Shown piece by piece: positions 6,131-15,000 of a stretch of DNA of 25,443 nt. The first letter of the stretch is position 1; every line of letters starts with the position of its first letter. The stretch lies in IMG/VR virus record IMGVR_UViG_3300030419_001308, positions 1 through 25,443 of that record. One strand, given 5' to 3'. The notes under the pieces are model-generated. The model saw only the letters and a program-made list of their open reading frames with translations, was not told the origin of the DNA and ran no database searches. The position numbers and the translations under genes are program-made. This DNA comes from a virus (lineage: Duplodnaviria > Caudoviricetes).

Positions 6131-6329
6131 CTTTACTTGAATTGTATCTAATTGAATACAGCTAACCCTGTGTCAACCCTCCCAACCAATGACTAAGTTT
6201 ATGACCACCTAATTTAAATATTTGAGCAAAGCAGCTATAACCTGCGAATATGGTCTTGCTAATCCACTTTGTTTAGAGTTTTATCTTAAGATTCTTTCTA
6301 AAAGCAAGAGAATCAAAATGTTTACTTAG

Positions 6330-6361
6330 AGCCTAGCAGGTATTTCTATTTATGGTAGGAT
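6330..6361. promoter_or_regulatory. Overlapping divergent extended -10 promoters (plus: CTAGCA-N17-TAGGAT with TG; minus: CTACCA-N17-TAGGCT with TG)
   Basis: TGnTAnnnT on both strands; the plus-strand start would fall at the G-run (~6367) that opens a hairpin. Confidence 0.45.
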
Positions 6362-6365
6362 TTTA

Positions 6366-6430
6366 TGGGGGATGTTTTTGTAGTTGTTCTCCCTTTTACT
6401 ACACCCTGTCTTTACATCCCCCAAGTTTTT
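6366..6430 (+). ncRNA. Candidate small RNA 1: hairpin with anti-Shine-Dalgarno loop UGUUCUCCCUUUU
   Basis: 10-bp stem 6366-6375/6414-6423, inner 6-bp stem 6379-6384/6398-6403, 13-nt loop, U-tract after; upstream extended -10. Confidence 0.5.
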
Positions 6431-6463
6431 AAAAAAATTTTTTTACACATATTCAACAAGTGT

Positions 6464-6472
6464 TGTTATAAT
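6464..6472 (+). promoter_or_regulatory. Extended -10 promoter TGTTATAAT
   Basis: Perfect TGnTATAAT; TTTACA at 6442-6447 (19-nt spacer); no plus-strand ORF directly downstream. Confidence 0.6.
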
Positions 6473-6478
6473 AAATAT

Positions 6479-6579
6479 TGGGATACAAAAAGTTTCGTAA
6501 TTTTTTGTTCATACCCCTTTCTTTGTTTAGATTGATGACAAGACCCTTGGACCAGGCAACTGACCGAGGGTTTTGTTAT
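6479..6579 (+). ncRNA. Candidate small RNA 2: 5' hairpin, pyrimidine linker (ACCCCUUUCUUUGUUU), 3' long stem capped by a GCAA tetraloop (terminator-like)
   Basis: 16-bp stem 6535-6550/6564-6579 with G-U pairs that only form on the plus strand; CAG-GCAA-CUG apical hairpin. Confidence 0.5.
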
Positions 6580-6592
6580 AATGTGGTATAGT
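6574..6592 (+). promoter_or_regulatory. Tandem extended -10 elements (TGTTATAAT, TGGTATAGT), candidate promoter of the late operon
   Basis: Directly upstream of SD AAGGAG (6603-6608) and ATG 6615. Confidence 0.55.
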
Positions 6593-6614
6593 AAAAATAA
6601 AAAAGGAGTATATT

Positions 6615-6668
6615 ATGCCATATCATAAAGCAAAAAAAGGTATGAAAAAAAAGAAGAAGAGGATGTAA
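6615..6668 (+). CDS. 17-aa very basic peptide MPYHKAKKGMKKKKKRM; not in ORF track
   Basis: SD AAGGAG with correct spacing; TAATG coupling to the next ORF. Confidence 0.65.
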   Translation: MPYHKAKKGMKKKKKRM

Positions 6669-6790
6669 TGCCTTTCAAAGATTACAGTCCAAAACAAAAA
6701 AAACTTGCACGAGTTGCACCACCCTTCGATAAAATTACTGCCGCAGATTTTAAAAAACTCAGAGACAGTAAACGAAGACCAAAGATGTAA
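6668..6790 (+). CDS. 40-aa basic protein (MPFKDYSPKQKKLARVAPPFDKITAADFKKLRDSKRRPKM); not in ORF track
   Basis: Translated by hand; coupled start; SPKQKKLA...KITxxDF pattern recalled from marine phage small proteins. Confidence 0.75.
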   Translation: MPFKDYSPKQKKLARVAPPFDKITAADFKKLRDSKRRPKM

Positions 6791-6792
6791 TT

Positions 6793-7050
6793 ATGGCAAC
6801 ATACCAAGGTAAATCAGTTACATTAAATAAACCATCCAGGATAAGCAAAGGCGAACCAGGACATGGTAGAAAAAAATTTAAAGTTTATGTAAACGATAAT
6901 GGTAAGATAAAAAAGATTATGTTTGGAGACCCAAACATGGAGATACGCAAAGACAACCCTGCAGCTAGAAAATCATTTAGAGCTAGACACAGATGTGATA
7001 CTGCTAAAGATAAGACAACTGCAAGGTATTGGTCTTGCAAGATGTGGTGA
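6793..7050 (+). CDS. Conserved basic phage protein (85 aa), DUF6321/DUF5754-like (tentative)
   Basis: FGDPNM...RKSFRARHRC...ARYWSCKMW pattern recalled from aquatic phages. Confidence 0.85.
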   Translation: MATYQGKSVTLNKPSRISKGEPGHGRKKFKVYVNDNGKIKKIMFGDPNMEIRKDNPAARKSFRARHRCDTAKDKTTARYWSCKMW

Positions 7051-7051
7051 T

Positions 7052-7225
7052 ATGAAAGTAAAAGGTGTAGATGTATCTAAGTTGACCAAGAGTCAACAGA
7101 ATGCTATGAAGAAACATTCTAAGCATCATACAAAAAAACACATGCAGTACATGTACAACTCTATGCGTAGAGGTACTAGCTTTAACAAAGCACATGTCAA
7201 CGCACAAAAGAAAGTAGGTAAATAA
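7052..7225 (+). CDS. 57-aa basic His-rich protein (MKVKGVDVSKL...KKHSKHHTKKHM...AHVNAQKKVGK)
   Basis: True start likely ATG 7052, right after the upstream TGA, rather than 6923. Confidence 0.8.
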   Translation: MKVKGVDVSKLTKSQQNAMKKHSKHHTKKHMQYMYNSMRRGTSFNKAHVNAQKKVGK

Positions 7226-7464
7226 TGGCAATACCTGAAAAAGCAAAAAAAACATTGCGAGAAAAAGCAGCTAAGTCAAAATATACTTATGGACAATTAG
7301 CACAAGTATATCGTAGAGGACAAGGTGCTTATGTATCATCAGGTTCAAGAGGCACATCCATGGCAGCATGGTCTATGGGAAGAGTAAATTCTTTTATTAG
7401 AGGTGGACACTCACAAGACAACGATATAAAGCGTGGTGTCAAAAAAACTAAAAAGAAGATGTAA
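7225..7464 (+). CDS. Basic viral protein (79 aa), DUF5824-like (tentative)
   Basis: LxxVYRRGxGAY...W..GRVNSF motif; TAATG coupling on both sides. Confidence 0.85.
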   Translation: MAIPEKAKKTLREKAAKSKYTYGQLAQVYRRGQGAYVSSGSRGTSMAAWSMGRVNSFIRGGHSQDNDIKRGVKKTKKKM

Positions 7465-7583
7465 TGGCACAGGTTAGTTGGATGTGGGGTGGCAAAAGAC
7501 ACTATGGTACTTTGATTCGAGAAACTAAAACACACAAGTTTGCTCGAACAAAAAATGGTAAAATCAAAAAGATTAAAAAATGA
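7464..7583 (+). CDS. 39-aa basic protein (MAQVSWMWGGKRHYGTLIRETKTHKFARTKNGKIKKIKK); not in ORF track
   Basis: TAATG start overlap and ATGA stop overlap fill the gap exactly. Confidence 0.75.
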   Translation: MAQVSWMWGGKRHYGTLIRETKTHKFARTKNGKIKKIKK

Positions 7584-7774
7584 GTAAAAGAACACAACCT
7601 TATAGATATGGTGTACCTGCAAAATATTTAAGTGGGTTATCTGATTCTGCTGCAAAAAAAAGAGCTGCAGAAATTAAAAGAACAGCTAAGGCATATAGAG
7701 AAGGTAGAAAAGTAAATCTAAAAGCAATACAAAAATCAAGAGTGGAGGCAGGTCGAAAAAAGAAACGCACTTGA
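7580..7774 (+). CDS. 64-aa basic protein
   Basis: ATGA coupling; VPAKYLSGLS motif; K/R rich. Confidence 0.8.
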   Translation: MSKRTQPYRYGVPAKYLSGLSDSAAKKRAAEIKRTAKAYREGRKVNLKAIQKSRVEAGRKKKRT

Positions 7775-7866
7775 TAATTAGTTGTCCAAGGTGCGAAGAA
7801 CCTTTATTGCCAAGTGATGACATGAAATGTCAAAACAAAAAATGTAAAAACTATGCAAGAAAATAA
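7771..7866 (+). CDS. 31-aa Zn-ribbon peptide (TTG start; MIISCPRCEEPLLPSDDMKCQNKKCKNYARK); not in ORF track
   Basis: TTGA overlap with the upstream stop; CxxC...CxxxxC. Confidence 0.55.
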   Translation: MIISCPRCEEPLLPSDDMKCQNKKCKNYARK

Positions 7867-9778
7867 AAAAATATGTTATGCAGCAGGATGTCATAGACCT
7901 TTACCAAAAGGCAAAAGAAAATATTGTTCTGATAAATGTTCTAACAGAATCAACATGCAAAAGAAAAGAGCCAGGAAGGCAGGAGTCGAATGGTCTCAAG
8001 AAGAAGATACACTAAACATACCTAGTCAAAAAACTAATGTAGCAAGTCGTAGAGGGCAAGTTTACGAAGACATAAAAGAATCAGGACTAGCTTTAGATTT
8101 ATACGAAAAGAAAATAAATCTAACAGAGGTAGCAAAAATTTTAAACACAACTGCTGCTGCAGTATCTATGGCATACCAGGCATACCTAGAGGATTTAAGA
8201 CAAGAAGAAGAACAAAAAAACTGGAGTTTACCAAAAGTTGCCAAAACTTCTTTACAAGATTTTGGAAAGTTTAGAGCAAGATATTTTAGAACAGAGCAAG
8301 GCAAAAAATTTGAGACACCTGAGTTTCATCAAAAATGGATTGAATCAATAATGAATACTATTGATGAAGGTGAACAACAAATGATTCTATCTCCACCTAG
8401 ACATGGTAAGACAGAACTATTGATACATTTTGTAGTGTGGTTGATATGCAACAATCCAAACATAAGAATTATGTGGGTTGGTGGAAATGAAGACATTGCA
8501 AAAAACTCTTTACTATCAGTTATGGACCAGTTAGAAAACAACGAGTTACTAATAGAAGAGATATGCGGACCAGGAGCAAAATTTAAACCTAAAACAAAAT
8601 CAAGTAAGTCTTGGTCTCAAAATGGTTTTACAGTTGGTACGAGGACAGTTACTGGAATTAAAAGTCCGACAATGGTAGGCATTGGTAGAGGAGGAAAGAT
8701 ATTGTCAAGAGATTGTGATTTGATTATTGCAGATGACATTGAAGACCACACTTCTACCATGCAACCATCCTCAAGAGAAAACACAAGAAACTGGTGGACT
8801 ACAACATTGTCAAGTCGTAAAGAGGAACATACTGCAATGGTAGTTATAGGTTCAAGACAACATTATGATGACTTGTATTCTCATTTATTAGAAAACGAAT
8901 CTTGGAAAACAATAGTAGAAGAGGCACATGATACAGGTTGCACAATAGCAGACTTTGAAGAACAAGAACATGTTGACTGTATGTTATGGGCTAGTAAGAG
9001 AAGTTTTAAATGGTTGATGGATAGAAAACGAGCAGCAGAAACTACAGGTGGTAGAGCAATTTATGAAATGGTTTATCTTAATATTGCAATGCCTGAAGGT
9101 CTTGCATTGTTTGACAGAGTAGAGATAGAAACATGTCGAGAACAAAAAAGAGACATTGGTCATATACCTCCAGGCACAAGATTGATTGCAGGACTAGACC
9201 CTGCATCTACAGGTTATCAAGCAGCTTTTCTTTGGGCATACGACAATGTACAGAATAAATTATATATGGTCGATATGAACAACAGTCTTGGTGGTGGTAT
9301 ACCACAGGCTTTAGAAATAATAAAAGGATGGTGGAAACAATATAATTGTTCACACTGGGTTATCGAAGAAAATGGTTTTCAGAAAGCTATAAGACAAGAT
9401 AAAAGTATTAGAGAGTTTGCAAGTGTGCATGGTGTACATCTTGAAGGACATGAAACAAATAAAAATAAATTTGACCCTTTGTATGGTGTTACTGCAATGA
9501 GACCACTATTCCAGGAAGAAAAAATTTCTTTGCCATATCTTAGCTATGAGGCTCAAGAAAAGGTAAACTTATATACAAGTCAGTTGGTTTATTTCAGCTC
9601 TGCTAAAAATAAAAGCAAGAGTGTGGGTACAAAGACTGACATTGTTATGGCTAGTTGGTTTCCAATGAGAGCAATTAGGCGTATGCAGAAAGAAAGATTT
9701 GCAGAGCTTGGTTATGAATATGAACCTAGCTTTACTGGGTACGAACCTAGTAATATGGATGTAGACACATGGAGATAA
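7853..9778 (+). CDS. terL: Terminase large subunit with N-terminal Zn-finger + HTH extension
   Basis: Walker A PPRHGKT, Walker B LIIADD, coupling motif VIGSR, RNase H-like nuclease AGLDPA...IEEN...DIVMA. Confidence 0.93.
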   Translation: MQENKKICYAAGCHRPLPKGKRKYCSDKCSNRINMQKKRARKAGVEWSQEEDTLNIPSQKTNVASRRGQVYEDIKESGLALDLYEKKINLTEVAKILNTTAAAVSMAYQAYLEDLRQEEEQKNWSLPKVAKTSLQDFGKFRARYFRTEQGKKFETPEFHQKWIESIMNTIDEGEQQMILSPPRHGKTELLIHFVVWLICNNPNIRIMWVGGNEDIAKNSLLSVMDQLENNELLIEEICGPGAKFKPKTKSSKSWSQNGFTVGTRTVTGIKSPTMVGIGRGGKILSRDCDLIIADDIEDHTSTMQPSSRENTRNWWTTTLSSRKEEHTAMVVIGSRQHYDDLYSHLLENESWKTIVEEAHDTGCTIADFEEQEHVDCMLWASKRSFKWLMDRKRAAETTGGRAIYEMVYLNIAMPEGLALFDRVEIETCREQKRDIGHIPPGTRLIAGLDPASTGYQAAFLWAYDNVQNKLYMVDMNNSLGGGIPQALEIIKGWWKQYNCSHWVIEENGFQKAIRQDKSIREFASVHGVHLEGHETNKNKFDPLYGVTAMRPLFQEEKISLPYLSYEAQEKVNLYTSQLVYFSSAKNKSKSVGTKTDIVMASWFPMRAIRRMQKERFAELGYEYEPSFTGYEPSNMDVDTWR

Positions 9779-11506
9779 ATGCCTTTAGATAGCGATAAAT
9801 TATACGACAAAATTGATTATCTTAGAGTAACCAATCAAGAATCTATTGTTGATAGGTCAAGAATCAGAGATATCATGAATGGTGGTGAGGCAGCAGTTCG
9901 TGCTTTACTAGGTAACTCAATCAATGTTGAGTATCACGAATTACCTGCACCTAACTTATTTTTAACTGCACTAGATAGATTTGCACAAAAATTAGGTAGA
10001 AGTCCTGATTTAAAAGTTGACATAATAAACGAAAAAGATTCTGAGAGAGCAAAGAAGAAATCAGAGAAACTCGAAAGAATAGTTATGTCTTATGATAAGT
10101 TTCAAAAACTTAGTATGCAGTTACCACAAGTAGGTAGATGGTTACCAGGTTATGGTTTTGTTGTTTGGACTATATCACACAAAAGAGACAAGAATGGTGT
10201 GCCATATCCATACGCAGAACTAAGAGACCCTTTTACTTGTTATCCAGGATATTTTGGTAATGACCAACAACCTACAGAACTAGCAATAATAACTAGAGTG
10301 CCGCACAAAGTATTGGCAGAACAATATCCTGATGCCAAAAAATTTATTTATGGCACAAACGAAAATACAGAACAAGACCCATACAGTGCTATGTTAGATT
10401 ATTCAGATAGACATGGTAGTTGGGCAAACTCAAATGGTAATGGAAAGATTGTAGTCGAATACAAAGACAGTGAAGGTACTTATGTATTTTTGCCTGAGAA
10501 TAGAAAGATTATAGATTACATGGAGAATCCATTGAAATCAGGTCCATGTTTTGTAATAGCTAAAAGATTTTCTTTTGACCAAATGCAAAGTCAGTTCCAA
10601 CACATCACAGGTCTTATGTCAAATATGGCAAAGATAAATATTCTTGGAACTATTGCTATGGAAGATGCAGTATTTACTGAAACAAATATTACAGGTGAGA
10701 TTGAATCAGGCAAATACAGAAAAGGTAGGTTTGCTGTTAACTACCTTGCGCCTGGTTCATCAGTATCAAAACCTGTAAATAATTTACCATATCAACTATT
10801 TCAACAAGTAGATAGATTAGAACGACACTTACGACTAGGTGCAGCTTATCCTGTATCAGATGATGGACAATCTCCAAACGCATTTGTTACTGGTAGAGGA
10901 TTAGAAGAACTTGGTCAGTCTGCATCATTGCATGTAAGAGAGTATCAATCTGTATTAGCAGATGCCTTACAAGAACTAGATGCAAAAAGATTAGAATATG
11001 ATGAGGAGATGTTTCCTGGTCAAAGAAAACCTATTGCAGGATTTCACAAAGGCACAGCTTATAAAGAAACTTATGTTCCTACATCAGACATTGCACAGTA
11101 TCACTCAACAAGAAGAGTGTATGGTGTCATGGCAGGATTTGATGAACCGCAAAAAATTATTACAGGCTTACAGTTAAAACAACAAGGAATTATAGATACA
11201 CAGACATTACAAGAAAATATGGATGGACTAGACAATATAAGCAAGATACAACAAAGAATCGTATCTGAAAAAGCAGAAACAGTATTGTTCGAATCATTAA
11301 TGGCACAAGCTGCACAAGGTAATATAAAAGCAACACAAGCAGCTATTGCAATAAAAAAGAATCCATCAAGAATGACAAGTATCTTAGAAGATTTTTATGA
11401 AGAAGAAGAGCAACCTGCAGAACAACAACTACCAGGACAACAAGTAGCAGAACCTGATATAGCATCATTTCTAGCACAACTTGGTGGTCCGCCTCCAGGA
11501 GCATAA
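9779..11506 (+). CDS. Portal (head-tail connector) protein
   Basis: Directly follows terL; 575 aa; RDPFTCYP motif and Q/P-rich C-terminal tail typical of podovirus-type portals. Confidence 0.8.
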   Translation: MPLDSDKLYDKIDYLRVTNQESIVDRSRIRDIMNGGEAAVRALLGNSINVEYHELPAPNLFLTALDRFAQKLGRSPDLKVDIINEKDSERAKKKSEKLERIVMSYDKFQKLSMQLPQVGRWLPGYGFVVWTISHKRDKNGVPYPYAELRDPFTCYPGYFGNDQQPTELAIITRVPHKVLAEQYPDAKKFIYGTNENTEQDPYSAMLDYSDRHGSWANSNGNGKIVVEYKDSEGTYVFLPENRKIIDYMENPLKSGPCFVIAKRFSFDQMQSQFQHITGLMSNMAKINILGTIAMEDAVFTETNITGEIESGKYRKGRFAVNYLAPGSSVSKPVNNLPYQLFQQVDRLERHLRLGAAYPVSDDGQSPNAFVTGRGLEELGQSASLHVREYQSVLADALQELDAKRLEYDEEMFPGQRKPIAGFHKGTAYKETYVPTSDIAQYHSTRRVYGVMAGFDEPQKIITGLQLKQQGIIDTQTLQENMDGLDNISKIQQRIVSEKAETVLFESLMAQAAQGNIKATQAAIAIKKNPSRMTSILEDFYEEEEQPAEQQLPGQQVAEPDIASFLAQLGGPPPGA

Positions 11507-11727
11507 TGGAATACAACGAAGAAGAAATAAACGAGATGTTTATAGATATAGTTAATGCTAACTTTATCGATAAACCACAATTTGATTTTACTGAGACAGT
11601 AATACAAACAACACCAATATTTTTAGATGAGAATGAACCTACTACAAGTTATCTAATACCAACACAGATACCTGGATTGTTTATAGGTATATCTATTGAC
11701 TTTGATAAAGGAAAAGAATCATGGTAA
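11506..11727 (+). CDS. Acidic hypothetical protein (73 aa)
   Basis: TAATG coupling with SD GGAG. Confidence 0.75.
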   Translation: MEYNEEEINEMFIDIVNANFIDKPQFDFTETVIQTTPIFLDENEPTTSYLIPTQIPGLFIGISIDFDKGKESW

Positions 11728-12074
11728 GAAAAAGTAGGTCAATGCGTGAGGCAACAGATTTAACACAGGCAGGTGCGTATGCTGATATAGTTGCTCCCCC
11801 AAGGAAAGAAGGCGACCCAACAGGGCAGACTACAATGTTGGAAGGTCAAGCAGAATCAGTATCAGCACCACAACAATCAGAAATAATTAATCAGGCAAGA
11901 CCTGTCATACAAGGTCAACCTCAACCTGATGTTTTTTCTACACCGACAGAATTTCCAAATGAACCAGGTTACATACCTGAACAAACAGATATAGCAGTTC
12001 CTGCTAATCAAACACAAATAACAAAACAGATAATACTGGAGAAGTTTCCTGAACTAGCGTATAGGTTCAGATAA
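11721..12074 (+). CDS. P/Q-rich hypothetical (probable virion) protein (117 aa)
   Basis: In operon after the portal; likely disordered. Confidence 0.75.
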   Translation: MVRKSRSMREATDLTQAGAYADIVAPPRKEGDPTGQTTMLEGQAESVSAPQQSEIINQARPVIQGQPQPDVFSTPTEFPNEPGYIPEQTDIAVPANQTQITKQIILEKFPELAYRFR

Positions 12075-15000
12075 TGTCCTTTTTTATAAACTGGGGTCAA
12101 GAGTGGATTAAATCTCAAAAAGATAAAGCTATTGATGAACAAAATTTTAATGCAGCTAAAAATTCTTTATCTGATGCTGATGTAGATGCTCTTGGTGGTG
12201 CTGCTCTTAGTTTTCAATCTATGACTCCTGATGAACAAAGTGATTTACCTATAGCTGCTGCATCATTAGGTTTGACTGGCTCACAGTATTACAACCTATG
12301 GACACAAACAAATACAGTTGTTCCTAATAGGAATGATGATGATGTAAAAAAAAGAAGTATAAGTTTTTGGGAAAAGATAAAAGATGCAAGAGCTTATGGA
12401 AGACAAGCATATCAAGATACTCAAGAAGAACTTTTTGACCCACCAACTATAAGAAGAAGTACATTATTAAATGGTGCGTTGATTGCTATTAATTCTTTAT
12501 ATCAAGATTTTCAAGTAGGTTTTATGAACTCATTTGGCGTTGCTGCTAAAGATGAATTAAATAAATTAGCTGCTGAACAAGGTAAAGAACTAGATAGAGA
12601 TTACTCTGAGTTTGCAGGAGACCCAGGAACAAAAGGTAACAGAATACCTATAACCTGGAGAATACAATCTTTTCTTAAAGGTTTACAAGCATTTGGTGCT
12701 AGATATGCTTTAGAAGAAACATCAAGAAACTTAAACATGGATATACCTGAACAAGTATTAAATATTGCACCATTAGCTATTGCAGATGCAACAACTTTTT
12801 TAGATACACAAACAGATTTTAAATTTGCACAAAGCGATATAGATGTTATTAAAGAATATTTCCCAAGTGTATATCAAGAAAATTTAAAAATAAAAGAAGA
12901 TGGAATTAAAAGAAATCTTACACTTAATGAAAAACTTGATGTATATTTTGAAACATACAATCAACTTGTAGGTAATGCTAATAAACAAGGTATAGAGCAA
13001 TTTTTTGGTACTAATGAATATTTTGTACAAGCACAAAGAAGTAGAGAAGGTTTTAAAAAATATTCTATTCCTGCAACTCCTGGAGACCAAATTAGATATA
13101 CACTTACAGGAACATTAGGAGGAGAGTATTCACCTCTCAACAATGTAATTTTTGATATTAAACAAAAAACAGAAGGTGAGATAGCTAAGCTTGTACAAAC
13201 TTATCAATCTACATCTATGACAGATGATGAGTTTGAAACAAAATTTACTGCGTTGTTATCTGCTGAAACAGAAGAAATCGCAGATTTAAACTTTGACCCA
13301 AAACATGGATGGTTTTCTTGGATTGGTTTTATGTCAAACCTAGGACTGATGGTTGTTACAGACCCAACAATGGTTTTGCCTGGTGTCGGTATAGGTGGTA
13401 GGTCTGCACAAACAAGTAAAACTTTAGCTGCTGTTGGTAGAGATTTAGATGATTACATAAAAGCAGGTGGAAGAGCAGTAGATTTCTGGGCAGATAAAGA
13501 TGAAACTATTTCTCTTATGGCAAACGAAATACAACAAGCAGTAGCTAAAGATGCTCCTGTTTTTACATATTTAGCTAGAAATGGATTTAGTCCTTCTATG
13601 GCAAAAGAAGTTGTAGATAATCCTGAAAAAACTTTTGATATTATAAAAGATAGTTTGACTGGCGGACTTATTTCAGATGTAAGATTTAAAGGTAATAACC
13701 TTACACAAGCTAATGACTTTCACATACAAGCAAAAGTATTGAACGATAACTTTTTAGATAACCTTTACGCTGCAATGACAGATGGTAACTACACAGCAAC
13801 TTACATGAGAGGTGGAGGTAGAAAATCAAAAAATCCAGTAAGAACTTTACAGTCAAGTATGAAAGATATTTTTGGTGGTACAGATGTTAGATTACCTTCA
13901 AGACCATGGGCATATCTTGGTGAAACAGATAGAGCAGTAGATACATTTATTAAAACAGGTTACATGATGTCAATACCTGAAAATAAAATAGATGAATTAG
14001 TAAGAGAGTTTTATGATGCTATTTATAGAAAAGATTATAGAGGCGCACAAAATATTTTTTATGACAGGTTAGTAAAAGGTGAAGGTGCTTTACAACTTAG
14101 ATATACTTTTGGTTTGTCAGACAATGAAATTAAAGAACTTATGGAGTCTTCATTAGATGATGTTCGTGGTTTCAGTGAAAAAGGAAGAGCATACAGACCA
14201 TCACAATCACCACAATTTTATGACAGAACTTTACTACAAGAAGGTTTAGACCCTATTGCTAGAGCGCAATATCATAATACACTTTTGTCAGAAACTGATA
14301 AAGCGTATGCTAGTGAACACGCATTAGCAATGGCAGGTCAGGCAATGGATTTGACAATCAACATACCTGATATGAAAGCAATTTTAAGATACACAGGTTT
14401 ACGAAGAAGATTAAGAAACAAAGTATTTGGAACAAAAAACTTTGAAACCAGTATGGATGCTGTTAGAAAACAATTTGATGAAGGATTACCAGGTACATTT
14501 TATGATAAATCAACTCCTATTGGAAGAGAATTGCAAGGAGTTATTAAAGATGGATTAGAAGACCCATCTCAGTTATTTAAGTATGGTGCAGAAAAAATAC
14601 CTTTCAAAGCTACAGATTTTGCTTTTACTTTTATTAGTAGAGCATGGATGCCTTTACAACTTATTACCAGGGTTGCTTTTCCATTGAAGATTACTACAGA
14701 TGGAGCTTTGCGTATGTCTGCAAGAGGTCTTGCATCTATATTTAGAAGTCCTTGGGAATATTTAAAACTTATTTGGAATGACCCAAATGCTGCAATGGTT
14801 AAATTAATTCAATCACAGAATCCTGATTTTAAACCTTACACTGCTTTGACTGGACCATTTAGAACTTCAGGAAAAGTTCTAAGTGAAAAATATCCTGATT
14901 TTATTAGAAAGGGATTAGGAGCATTAAAAGAAAATAATTCTAAGTTTGGTTTACCTGAAGTACAAGACTTATATGCAAGAGACCCAAGGTTTACATCTGT

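Noticed and set aside
6453-6512. Minus-strand 19-codon ORF MNKKLRNFLYPNIYYNNTC behind GAAAGGGG
   Set aside because: SD only 1 nt from ATG and no TGTAACC at the right distance; kept only as the alternative explanation for sRNA 2
5834-6614. tRNA or known riboswitch in the intergenic region
   Set aside because: No cloverleaf with a GTTC T-loop or recognisable aptamer consensus seen by eye; a cmscan is still needed
6923-7051. N-terminal extension of ORF 6923..7225
   Set aside because: Overlaps the conserved 85-aa gene by 128 nt; ATG 7052 right after its stop fits the operon pattern
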